This document shows positions 48,513 to 60,899 of a stretch of 64,000 nt of DNA, piece after piece. This DNA is from Macrostomum lignano (Eukaryota). Within the stretch, counting starts at the first letter, position 1. Each line of letters opens with the position of its first letter. A program made the translations under genes and the position numbers. Below the pieces are notes generated by a model. That model saw nothing but the letters and a program-made list of their open reading frames with translations, was not told the DNA's origin and did no database searches. The stretch is from NCBI GenBank assembly GCA_002269645.1, contig NIVC01001985.1, positions 36,517-100,516 of the forward strand, read 5' to 3'.

Positions 48513-49214
48513 ATGGCAAAGCACTATCTCGCTATTCTGATTTGCTGCATCATGGTAGCCACGTCTGTAGCCTCTGTTAGCAGCCTCCACAAGGAGCAGA
48601 AGCAGCAGCAGCAGCAGGATTTCTGTACTAGCCGCGACGACAGCGACTGCAACAAAGTTCCACCCAAGTCAGACGTCGCCACTGATCGTTGCTCCGAGTG
48701 GGCCCGCGCCGAAGCCGCCTCGGAAACTGTGCCAGACTGGCTACACCGGCTGCGCATCCGCTATCCTTGTCCGAGCGATGCGGCCGCTGCTACTGCTGCT
48801 GTTAACGATGGAACCTGGCGGAGCGACTTTTGCTGCCGTGGCGCCGCGTCTAGTTCGACGAATGCAGGCTCATGGCTAGCAGCACCCAGCTGGCTGAAGT
48901 CCTGGCTGTGCGGCGGCCCAGACTGCGGCTTCCACATCGGGGCGGACTTCTGCGTGCGCAGCTGGCCGCTGGAGCTGCCTGACGGAACGTCGGCCAGGCA
49001 GCAGTGCTGCTACGACGATCATGGTCAGCTGCTGACGGACCCGACGGTTGGCGCCGGAACATCGGATCGACGAGCGGACATCTTCGGCCACTGGTCGGTG
49101 GATGTCCGTCCGTTTTTGGCCTGCTGCCAACTGACCGACGGAAGCAATAAGCTGGCTATGAAGAGTCCCAGCTGCGCTGTGTACTATAGCAGACGGCCAC
49201 CGAATTTCAAATGA
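48513..49214 (+). CDS. Secreted stand-alone AMOP-domain protein (isthmin-like, no TSP1 repeat), 233 aa, single exon
   Basis: Signal peptide MAKHYLAILICCIMVATSVAS. The pattern C.EW...YPCP...FCVRS...ARQQCCYDDHGQLLT...GAGT...H...DVRPFLACC...Y..RRPPN matches the AMOP consensus of isthmin/SUSD2/MUC4. Confidence 0.85.
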   Translation: MAKHYLAILICCIMVATSVASVSSLHKEQKQQQQQDFCTSRDDSDCNKVPPKSDVATDRCSEWARAEAASETVPDWLHRLRIRYPCPSDAAAATAAVNDGTWRSDFCCRGAASSSTNAGSWLAAPSWLKSWLCGGPDCGFHIGADFCVRSWPLELPDGTSARQQCCYDDHGQLLTDPTVGAGTSDRRADIFGHWSVDVRPFLACCQLTDGSNKLAMKSPSCAVYYSRRPPNFK

Positions 49215-49761
49215 GCAAATTCGACCGTTTATTAGCACCAACAATATTAAACTCCAGTAACATACATGTATAGGTACCGTGCAGGTTCTTGCAACGTGGT
49301 GTTTGCTTGATTTTCTCTTTTATAGCATATGAATTATGTGATAAAGTAGATTAAAAATCGTCAGGTTACGATTTGGACCGGGTCCTGATTGTCCAGTTAA
49401 TAGTCGCTGGAGGGTTGCGCCCGGGCACCCTGGCGCAACGCCTTCGGTAACATCGTCCCGCAACCAGCGCTGAATTCTTCCGCTGACTCCTCGATCAGCA
49501 CATGCAAGCGCGCCCATACTCTAAATAGGCACGCACTCATACACTCGCTCACACAGGGTGTACAGCGGCTCCGGCCTCTGAATCGTCAGGCATTCTCTGT
49601 GCCTCGGGGGGTTGGCCCTCATGGCTGTGAATCGCACGAAAAACCCACTGGTCAGTTTTCGAGCACACACAAGCCCACGAGCATACGAGCTCTGTGATCC
49701 ACAAGAATTTGACATGTATATGTGTGTCCTCGACCGGTAGATATTCGATGAGCCGTTGGAG

Positions 49762-50288
49762 CATCGGCGTAGGAACGGGGGGACAGTGGGGCCATGGCCT
49801 CCCTCCGCTTTTTAAATGGGGGCCAGTAATGGTATGTGCCCCCCCATTTTAAAAGTAAAATGTAGACTTCTTGCTTATTTTTGGTTTTTGCTGCTTTGCA
49901 TGAATGCATTTTGCTGCAGGGCAACAAAACATAGCGCCTGCAGCGCCAAAATGAGTGCCTGCGGCGCTAAAATGAGTGCCTGCGACGCTAAAATGAGTGC
50001 CGCCTAAAATGAGTGCCTGCGGCGCTAAAATGAGTGCCTGCGGCGCTTTATAAAATGAGTGCCTGCGGCGCTTTATAAAATGAGTGCCTGCGGCGCTAAA
50101 ATGAGTGCCTGCGGCGCTTTATAAAATGAGTGCTGACAAGACGGGATTCTGAAAAAATAATTGGTACATATAGTAATGTGCATTTTCCATATAAAAAAAT
50201 CCAACCCGGAAGCGTACCCTGTGCGCCCCCCCCCCCCTAATCCGCCACTGAACCTGCCCCCACTTTTTAAAACGTTCCTACGCTTATG
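49762..50288. mobile_element. hAT-type MITE with internal 21-bp tandem repeat
   Basis: TIRs CATCGGCGTAGGAACG and (reverse complement) CATAAGCGTAGGAACG, 14/16 identical. Perfect 8-bp TSD CGTTGGAG at 49754-49761 and 50289-50296. Internal GCGCTAAAATGAGTGCCTGCG array at 49935-50132. Confidence 0.88.
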
Positions 50289-51698
50289 CGTTGGAGAAAA
50301 TGGTCTGTAATTAATGCTCGGTTTCAGTAGAGAATTCAGTTTCCTTATTTTTACTGTTATTAGTACCGCTATGTCGAGTAGTAACTATATCTCGCAACTT
50401 ATGGAACCGGTTGGGAAAACCTGAATTAGTTACTGTAGTATGTTTACTTAAAGATTATTGTGTAAACGAATAGTAGAAAATATATTGCCGGGTTCGAATC
50501 ATGCTCTGTCTACTTTTAAGTACGAGTACTTCATGCACTCATAGAAAACTGAAGTAGACGAACGTACGCTATACCCAGAGAACATCGCGCGCTATTATAG
50601 AATTCCAACAAGTGCTGAGAAAGTGAAGCCGATCTTATTTTTATTCAGTCAGAATCGCTCCAAAAGCGATTGACAAGGCGAAAGAGGGAACTCGTGCAGA
50701 TTTTCGGCGACTGTTGAATTTGGCTGCAGCACATCTTACAGGCTACGCGAGGCATGCAGTGACCGGCATAACCATTCGAAGTAAGCAGATGTGCGAACAA
50801 AATACTTGTCTATGGCCAAAAGAGAAATTAAAGTAAGTGAAGCCATTTTCGCGCAGTCGGTCACTTCCCTTTTGACCATAGACAGTATTTTGCTGGCAGT
50901 TCTGCTTACTTTCCAATCAACTTAGCGATGCTAGTCGTCTACCAGGCAGAATGTAGACCATATGAACTTTTCCATTAGATCGCACATGACTGTTTAACTG
51001 TTTGATCAATTGTCATCCTGGTGTTTATGACCATAGACTATGGCTTCTGCTGCTATCAAGCATTAGCAATTAAAAGAAAAGCGAAGGACAATAAATTTAT
51101 TATTTATTATAAGCTAATACATTTATTAAAAGCGAAGAATGGATTTTTCCGTTGATTCAAGTTCAGGTCAACTTATGCGAGACTTTCGCGATGACTCCCA
51201 TGCTGATTAATGGTGTTCAGTAATGACCATAAAGTTCATTCCCACTGGCTCGGGCAGAAAAAAATGATAGAAAAATATGAATGGATTCTGACCGTACAGA
51301 GTTTTGTTTTCATTGGAAATATATAGTTGCTAGCTGGCTAGTTGGCAACTGTTCGAAAACTACAAACTAAAAAACTGCGACTCTTGTAAGTTTGTCTGAT
51401 TATTTGGTAACTGTGCTAGAAAAAGAATATATAGTCTATTATAATTGAGCTTTTTATGATTGGCATTTTGTTGGCCTGTTAAGTGGCTAAGATTGCTGGT
51501 AAACTAACTCAAAACGGAAACAAGCAGTTTAGCAAAAGGCTAACGTTTGATCATGTTTCGATAGAGGTATATTATCAATATCAATATCAACTAATCCAAA
51601 ACTGGATCGAAAACAAATTGCTCATAAGCATTAGAAACAAAAATAAACTGAAAATTAACAACTGATTTATTGCAAACCAGGGCAGACAGAGGCTAGGC

Positions 51699-52130
51699 CA
51701 AGGCTCAGCAAACTTTTTTTACTTCAAGGGCTAGGATAGAGAACATAGCGCATGATTGCGGGCCAGAGGAGGGGAGAGAGGAGAGGGAAGAGAGATAGGA
51801 GAATGGAGAGGAGAGGAGAGGAGAGGAGAGGAAAGAAGAGGAGAGGAAAGAAGGGGAGAAGAGGGAAGAGAGAGGAGAGGAGAGGAGAGGAGAGGAAAGG
51901 AGGGGAGAGGAGAGGAGAGGAGAGGAGAGGAAAGGAGAGGAGAGGAAAGGAGGGGAGAGGAGAGGAAAGGAGAGGAGAGGAGAGGAGAGGAGAGAAAAGA
52001 TGAGAGGAGATTAGAGAGAAGAGCTGAGAAGAGAGCCAAACCTTGAGCGGGCCGAATTGCTATTGTGAAATTTAAAAGGATCCGAGGGCCGGATACAGAG
52101 GCTTTGCGGGCCGAAGTTTGCCGACCCCTG
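51699..52130. mobile_element. hAT (Charlie-like) MITE carrying a (GAGAG)n expansion
   Basis: TIRs CAAGGCTCAGCAAACTT and (reverse complement) CAGGGGTCGGCAAACTT, 14/17 identical. Perfect TSD GGCTAGGC at 51691-51698 and 52131-52138. Purine microsatellite at 51770-52030. Confidence 0.9.
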
Positions 52131-53429
52131 GGCTAGGCCTATCCAATTGCAAAGCAGATATTACAAACCGATTTTTGGCAAAGATGAGTTTTCTATTAAA
52201 AATGCTTCACACAGGACACACTCGAGATTTTTCGAGCGTTCATAAAATCACAACAAAGAATATATAAAACGCGAAACTGCGTCCAGCTAACAATAAATAA
52301 AGAAGCCAACACATTGTTGTCAGAACTAGAAAAAAATGCAAACTGAACAAGAATGCCTCTTGGTCTATAGTCAGAGGGGCGCTACAGAGAAAAATGTAAC
52401 AATAATTAAATCAACATTATTTTTTCACAGAATGAATACCTGAAACTGAAAGTAGCATTAAAGTTAAACTATCAATCATTAGTCAATTAATGGTTAATGA
52501 TCTCGTCGAAACCCAAATCAATATTGTCAGTATTTTGACAACATTGGATAGCTTCCTGATCTGGTATGGAATTACAATTACTTTCCATGACTGGATCCTC
52601 TACATATCCTTCATCCCAGTCATCAACAGTGACTGGTAGATCTGCCTGTACAACACTAGGCCTAGCCATACTTGCATCACAATTGATGTTATTCTGTTGA
52701 GCAGCAGTAGCACTATACTCAACAACAATTGTTGGTCTCTTTAATGGAATATGAATTGTCTGCCACTGTAGTTGTTGATGCTCTTCTAAGTGAATGCCTG
52801 ATCGTTTTCGGCAGAACCTCATGGCAAATAAAGTCATTGACATGTTGCAGAATATGGCCTAGGCCTGGAAATTAAAAATTAAATAAGCAAAGTTGAATTA
52901 GTAGAGTACTACAGTTATATAGCATTGTTTGTAACTATCAATATATGGCACTATTAGCTAATTTGAATCTAGTGTACAATCCTATAAAAAATTAATCTTA
53001 AGTCAATCACTATTAGATAACAAAAATATTATATTCTTTAAGATTTATTGTTTGCTATAAATATCTATATATAACATATTATAATTTATATCAACTTTTG
53101 GATTTTTAATATCTTTCCATTTAGAACCAAACAAATAACTTATTAGAGTAAAGCTTTCTTAAGATTTGAGTCAAAGATTGTTATATACTACTATGGAAGT
53201 TTCTAGTTTCTTAGAAATGTTTTACTTGTAAATTTGTGAGAAAAAATGTTGTTTCAATTTGCAAAATATAATTAATATTTATACCTAAAGACTAAGGCTT
53301 TAGTGCTATGATTCTCTAATCTTGGTAATATCTAGGACTAGAGATAATATATACTAGGCCTATACTAATAATCCCAGCAGAAAATGGTATGGCGTTTTTC
53401 ACACTATAGGACACTTGTTGACATTGGGC

Positions 53430-55680
53430 CAAAATGACAATGTTGTGACAGTGCAAAGGGGTCTGCACCAACACTGCAAAATGACACTCCATGTGAAAAA
53501 GTAAAAAAAGTGACATTGAACTGATGGTGACTGACACTTAAAATATGATAGTGGTTATCACTGTTGAGTTTGGCTAAAACAACACTGCCTAACGACACTA
53601 GTCATCTGACACTTATCTGACACTTGTCTGATACTCATCCGATACTTGTCTGACACTCATTTGACACTGCTCAATACTTGTCTGACACTCATCTGACACT
53701 GCCCAACACTTGTCTGACACTCATCCAACACTCGTTTGACACTCATCCGACACTCGTTTGACACTCATCCGACACTGCCTGACACTCATCTGACACTCAT
53801 TGGACACTCATCCGACAGTCATCTGACAGTCATCTGACACTGCCTGAAACTGGTATAGCAAAGCTAATCAAGAAGTAGGGAATGAATTTTTGTATCCAAA
53901 GAAGTAAGTTTGCTTAGTCTGTCTATTAAGCAAATTGTGTATTTCTTTTTTATTCACTAAGTATTGCACAAAAAGATGTTGGGTCACAAAAAGATATTCA
54001 GGTCACTCGATACAGTCAGTGCATTTTAAGAACACTTCAGTAAGTTCCCGTGCAAGCCTTGCCACTGGCTTCACCTACCATATCAGCCTTGTTGCTAGCA
54101 TCATCTTCCTCGTCACTGTTGTCATCTGTCTTGTCGCCACCATCACTCGCCTTGTCGTTGATGTCGCCAGCCTTATCGCTGCCGTCACCTGCCTTATCGC
54201 CACCATCATCTGCCTATTGCTGCCGTCACCTGCCTTATTGCTGCTGTCACATGCCTTGTCATCGCCAATGTTCATCTTCTTTCTCACAGCTTCTGACGTG
54301 TGACTGTATAGATGCAGAATTCTGTGCAGACTGATGCTTTTCAGCCCCATTGAATCTAGATAAGATTCAATGGCTGTTATTTTATGTTTGTTGGCAGCCA
54401 GTCTGTTAGCGCCATCTTTGATGGCTCTTTTTTTGTAAGATGTTTTGGCCTTTTCCTTGGGTATGAAACATGCCCAGAGGAGAACTAATAGACCTCTGTC
54501 CAATGCTGTGGTATCAGACTTCTCTCAGCCTTTTTTTCCCTGCTTGATTGTTTTCTGGGAGTCACCTTTGTTAGAACTAGCAGATGCAACCTTTAAGTAC
54601 TCACAAAAAGCTCATTTTGCTGTGGCAAGGGTACTGGCTGGAATTTTGATATCTGCATTCAGGTTAACATAACTTGCCTGAGCCTGGTTTGAAGCATCCT
54701 TGCCAACTTCAAACAGACCACTGCTCTGTAGCAATGACATATCTTTTCCAGCACTATTGCTATTTGGGATGATGCTGCAGACCACTATACTCTCCAGCGC
54801 TTTTGTAGCCTCATGCAGTCTGGCAGTCATCTCCGGACTATGACTGAGTGACGGAGATTGTAGCTATGACTTTTTTGCTATCCTTGACAACATTTAGATT
54901 TCAAATCATAGCCAGTGAGGCATCAGTGAGATTCTACTGATAGCAGGTCAGGATGAGGCCTCTAGGATGCAGCACTCAGTCTCAAGCATCTTGACACTCC
55001 ATTTATACTTGTCTAGTATCTGTTCTGCACTTTGTCTGTTGGCGGCCACCAACAAGCGCAACTTCTCAACTTGTTCTTGCAACCACAAGATCTCTGCCAT
55101 GAACAGAGCAGAACAAGTCTTTGTCATGCAGCCACATGTTTTTCTCCATTTCGGTATACAAACTCAAAAGGTCTTGCTGCAGAGCAGGGCAACGAGTGCA
55201 GCCAAGTAGATGGTTGGTACTAGTGACTATAGCCTTCAGCACTTTAAGGCAACTTCCAATTCTCCCTTAGTGAAGTATGGGCCCTTGAAAATTGTGGCTT
55301 TGTGCAGGGCTTTGTGCAGGGCCTTGTAGATGAAAAAAGTCAACCACTGACAGTCTGATACTGACTGTTTTGCATGATTGGCAGCAAATTTCAGTTTACT
55401 TTCAAGTAAACAACAGTCAGTGTGTGTACTTAATGCCAAAAATATATACATCTAAGTTACAAGTGAGGTAGGAGCCAAATGACTGTCAGATGAGTGTTGA
55501 ATGAGTGTTGTAGGGCAGTGTCACATGTTAGCATGCCAGCAACAGTCTAGGCCAATGTTATATGGCAGTGTTGCATATCAGTGTCGTGCCAGCAACAGTA
55601 GAGATAAGTGTCATTTAGTGTCATTTCTAGAAAGCTGTGACAGTGCGAGTGTCCTTGAGTGTCACAACCATGCTAACCAT
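53430..55680. mobile_element. Foldback-like element with long degenerate inverted GACACT-repeat arms
   Basis: Left array (53598-53845, CTGACACTCAT..) and right array (55480-55680, TGACTGTCAGATGAGTGT..) are reverse complements when read from the inside. Outer boundaries are approximate. Confidence 0.55.
54075..55100 (-). pseudogene. Decayed ORF: coiled coil plus BEN-domain-like segment
   Basis: 55100-54948 reads MAEILWLQEQVEKLRLLVAANRQSAEQILDKYKWSVKMLETECCILEASS*. ORFs 54612..54830 and 54075..54503 share one frame broken only by TGA stops. LLVLLWACFIPKEKAKTSY...RLAANKHKITAIESYL resembles a BEN-domain pattern (by eye only). Confidence 0.45.
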
Positions 55681-56589
55681 TTTATGCCAAGAATATACTG
55701 CTTAGGCCTATAGAAATATACAAAGACACTATAGAATTATACTAAGATACTACTAAAACTATACTAGTTATGCTAATACATTGCTAAAAAAGTAGAATTG
55801 AACACTATAACAATATTGGTAATAGCTATGAGATCATACATGCGCAACCCCCCTGATTTACACTGGCCATGGGACTTACTTTTTTTACCAAAAATGCGAA
55901 ATACCTGTGAAAGAAACTAAAGCAACATTAACACAATTTTGGGTAAACGGCAGAAGTAACTATGACTGTCTTACAAGGGCTAAATGCCTCGTCATCTAAT
56001 TAGTATTACGTCTGTATTCTTTGGGGTGGGCATTTTTGCGACTTACCCCTGGTCCGCCACAATTTACGGTGGCCAGATTGGCTAGGTCGGCCAGCAGTTG
56101 CGCATGTATGTATGAGATGAGATCATTTATTAGGTAGAACAACAAGTACCATTACAATTTGGTATTGGTGATATCAACAGAATATACTATTGTACCACTA
56201 GTTTTTGGTTTCTAGTTCATTTGTCCATTGAGAGTTTGTTTGCTAGGTAGACAAAAAGCCTTCTTCTTCTAAAACTATTTGTCTGCACGGACCACATAGG
56301 TGAGGCCAAGGGCAAATGTCTTCTATTTTATCCCTTCTTCAATCTTGTCTATTTTTCCCCTCCTTTCTTTGCTATCTTTTCTCTCTCTTCTCTTTTCTGT
56401 TCCCCTTCTTATTACTTTCTCCTTCTTTCCTCTCTCCTTTCTCTTCCCTTTCTACGTTTTTCATATTGTTTAAGTAACTAATACTAAAGTAACGAAATCT
56501 CTAGTTCTTACCAAGATTTACAATGGCAATAGCCTACTTATCAGTTGGCTTCCAATAAGCCTCCTTTGCTATCTACCTTCTTTGATAGT

Positions 56590-57450
56590 GGCAGATACTA
56601 AGTGGCTTCCCCATTGTCTTCATTTATCTTAACTTAAACCCCTACCATTCCAACCCTAATGTGCATATAGTGTCAAAATTTTGTTCAAGTCCTTGACCCT
56701 AGGGACTTGAAAGCTCCCTTTGTATTGAAAGTGAAAACATATCTTAACTTTAACTTTCCCCTATTTTAATCCAACCTCAATGTGCATATAGTGTCAAACA
56801 TTTTTGTCTTATTTGCTTGAATCCCTAATTATAATGACTTAAGAGCTTCTCTTACATTGAAAATGAAAATAGGGCCTATTTATCTTAAATTCAATCTCTA
56901 ACATCCCAACTCCATCCTAGTCCCCAACCCTAGGAATTTAAGAGCACCCCTTGAAAGTGAAAACATTAGGCCCTAATCATAACATTAGCCCCCTACCACT
57001 TAACTACCATAGCATATATGCAGCATCAAAACCCTACTGCTAAGTCCCCAAATCCATGCAGAAGTAGGGACTTAAGACTTAAGAGCTCCCCTTTGAAAAT
57101 GAAAAAATCATCTTGACTTTAGCTCCTACTATCTAACCACAACATGGCATTGACAATCTATATTGATGCTTGAGTCCTAACTTAACTTCCAGGACTTATA
57201 AGTTCCCCTCACCTTGAAACTAGCAACATTCATTTATTTCTACTAGGCCTATCTTAACCTTATCAAATTAATAACTTTGATAGTCTTTAAATAACTAATT
57301 AAGTAATATTACTAGATATAGGAACTAGATATAAGAACTATGTGTTCCTGTAACCATAATCTTTATCCATATGCTTTGGCAAAAAACCTAAATATCCATA
57401 GCTTCCCATAGCCATATCTGTAGCTATAGTAGAACTATATATTTCACAAT
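56590..57450 (+). mobile_element. Unclassified dispersed repeat, copy B, with about five internal degenerate units of roughly 120-130 bp
   Basis: Recurring GGGACTT..AAGAGCTCCC..TTGAAAGTGAAAA..TCTTAACTT. The 3' part aligns to the reverse complement of 2745-3260. Confidence 0.75.
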
Positions 57451-60400
57451 ATATATCTAATATCTATAGAAAGAATAATAAGCTTGGTTAAAAACCAGTG
57501 GAGCAAGTAAAATTATAAAACATAAGAACTAAGCAACATATCAAAAAACCAGGGGTGAATCTAGAAACTTTTTGAGGGGGGGGGGCAAGCTATACCAAGC
57601 AAATAAACTCTAACACTAAAAATATACCTTGAATAGTTATAGGCCAAAAATTATGGCCCATTTTTGGCTCATGGCCACCTTGGCTTCTGTCAAAAACACA
57701 ATATGCTATGAGTTCAATATTGATTTACTTTGTCTTTAGTGGCATCACTAAATCAAGCTAAAAAACTAAAACCTGCACTGTACTCAAATTCATGTTGGTA
57801 AATAGTGTGAATGATTTGTTGTTGTTAATAGGGGGTGGAAAGCCAGGGGCTTACCGCAGATCAGCCTGAAAGGGGGCTCTACCGCAAGGATCTGAAAGGG
57901 TCATACTGCCAGGGGCATGTAGCCCAAGAGGCCACAATTGAGACCAGAGCTCAGGACTCTAGTGAGAGCCTAGTGAATTGGTGCTACTAGCCCAAACCTA
58001 TGGTACAAGACACCGCCAACCCAAAAAGTGGAATCAGGGATGGTGCTAGGACCGAGTCCACACAGGCCACCACCCAGCAGACAAGTCCTCGGGAGTGCGC
58101 AGAAAAAGTTGGAATTAGCGAAAAAAAGCTTGGGTTACTAATAAAAATGGTCCGAGAGCGGGGAAACCCCAAAGTCTATGGAAATGGCTTGTTTCCGAGG
58201 GCGAGACTCCAGACAGGAAGACCGTCTACCGGGTACAAACCCAAGGGTATCGCCTATCCAGTATCCAGCTCTGCTCAATATTGGAGGCCAGGCCAAGGGG
58301 TCGGTCGGGAAGGGGTACAAGGGGCAAGAGGACCCGGACTCAGCCGGTATCCCCGAATCGGGCAAACTCATTCCCCAGGACACCAGTCCACTGTCAGGAT
58401 GAGAGCCAGAGACACTTAGGCAGGGAGACAGCCAGAGGAGCCAGCAGATGGACCAAGGACAGCCAACAGCGAACAGCGCAGGATGGACCGGGCAGGGAGG
58501 GCAGAGGTTATAACTCCGGATAATTACAGTAAAGATTTACAGTAAAGATTATACTAAATTTCATCTACTCTGCAATCTTTCTGCAATCTGCAGAAAGGGG
58601 CCGAGGTTTTAGCTGATAGGCTAAAAACTTTCTTTGCAGTAAGGAACTATGAGCATACTTCATAGAAAACAGAAACTTTGAAATTTACTTTCTGAATTAA
58701 AACAGAAAATATATTGAATTTTGTAAAAATGAGTCAAAGGCAGTCCAGCTGAATATAAAACTCAATATTAAGAAAAATAATCATTTGAATAAAGCACAAT
58801 GGTGAGTCAGAATTGAATTCAGACTATTGATAGAAGTGTGTGGATTACTGACTAGTTTAAAGCGGAGATTCATCATTCAGGACTGGTCAGCAGGAGAATT
58901 TAATTTCAAAAGTCACTTATTTCGCTCACTTTGTCATCGGCTTAATTGAATCAGAGTTTTTGACAACTGAATCATGAAGATGTTGTCGTAGGCCTAGCGA
59001 TTGGCTATCTCAAAGTAAATTTTAGGAATGCTATTTCGCTTAAAAGCCTTAAATAAGGAATGCAAAAAACAAGAAGATAATTGCAAACATGTGCATTCTT
59101 TTCAATTGATATTGTTGACGAAAGTAGGCCTAGGCCTATTATGACAAATATTATGACGAATATTTTTTGTTTCACATGTGGAACTTGCAGCATTGTTGGG
59201 TGACAGTATTTTGTAATTGGAAGGTAATAAAATAAAAGTACGGGCCAAGAGTTTTGAAACAGGTTTAAGTAGGTCTAGGCCTAGCCATAGTAGAATAGTC
59301 AAAAGTTCAAAGAATAGTACTAGCCACCTTTCCTGTCAATTGTACATTTAGGGTTGGCTTTAACTGTTTGATATAATATACAGGGCTTCCAGCACATTTA
59401 GCTTGTGGTGGTATTGAATCTAGTCAATAGGCATAGGCCTAATTTTAAACTTCTGATCATTTATTTATTTTTAATGTTGATATATTGCATATTAGCAAAT
59501 GGTCATATATTTGTTATATGACTTAATAGAAGTTAATTTCTTATTTTAAGGCATGAAAGTGAGGCTTAAAAGAAAAAATTGGTGAGGCCTAATAGGATTG
59601 CATGGTTTGCACCTATACTATAGGGGCCTATTTATTCCTATATACAATTTTTTGGCACATAGGGCATGTGGATGTGCTCCCCTATTAAGTTGGATTTTTT
59701 TTTGGAAAATATGCATTATCTTATCATGTATATATCTTATGTATATATACAATATGTACCTTAGTAGGCCTAATCTCAAATTTGTACAGGCAGACTATGC
59801 CCCACTCCTTATTCAAAATTTTCTAGATCTATACCTAGTGGCAGAAACAGGAAGGTAGGGGTAACCAGCTGCCTCCCTCTTGCTATAGTTGGACTTGCAT
59901 GTATAATTATAAAGGAAGAATATTGCAATTTTTGGGCTTATTTTGGGCAAATCCAAAAAGTTACAGTAATCTCTCTTATTTTGGAAATCTTAGATGTGCC
60001 ACCCAAGGTGAAATTTATCCTAAAAACAATTAATATATTTTGCATAGAAAGTGAAAAATAGATGCATATATGCACATAAAACTTCATTAAAAAATTTCTT
60101 TGGTCCTAAAAAAGCTTTAATAAATTAGTATTAATACTAATGTTGCCATTGCTACATTTAAATCTAACAATATATGCACTCTTCTAGCAAAAATCCACTG
60201 TTCTGTGCACTTTTCTTTGTTAATTTTTTTGTTTTGCATGCTTGATGTATGAAGAATACCTTGGCCCACCATTGAGGGTAGGCCTATATATGCATATTCT
60301 GTATAAAAAACAAGCTAATAATGCCAATAGTTTAACCTACTCATTTATTTATTATTATTGTAAAAATGACTATGCCTAAAAATTGGGGGGGGTCTATTTT

Positions 60401-60899
60401 TTAATTTTGAACTTAATTTTTAATTTAGGCCTATAATTTAGCCTTGATAGTAAGCCTATCAAAAAGCAAACTGGGATACTAAATGCTAGATACCAAAAAC
60501 TAGACACTAAAAAACATCGATAGGCCTAGGCCATAGATACTAGAATTAGAATAACTAGATATGTCACTTACAAAAAATGCATTCAACTACTCTTTTTGTA
60601 GTACCGAAAGTAGCATTTTTTGAATTTTTTATATAAGGAATAACTTTTAATGCAATTAGAATCTTTTAACTATCTTAAAAAAATGTCCTGGTATGGTTTT
60701 TGCTAGGCTTTATTGGAACAGGGCTACCCAAATTATTATCTTTAAATGCAGAGACTTGTTAAAACCTACTTTTTTATTCTTTTGCTTTCAAATTTAAGAT
60801 AGCACACAAATTTCAAAACTAGAAAGATTGAGTAAGATTTTATTTAATTATTTCTGCATACACAAAGTAACAAATTAAATGGCTAAACATTTTCAAGTA

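Noticed and set aside
53316-53598. Possible zinc-finger exon (FCSV...HCHF)
   Set aside because: Falls in the degenerate inverted-repeat arm; Cys/His spacing does not fit a C2H2 finger.
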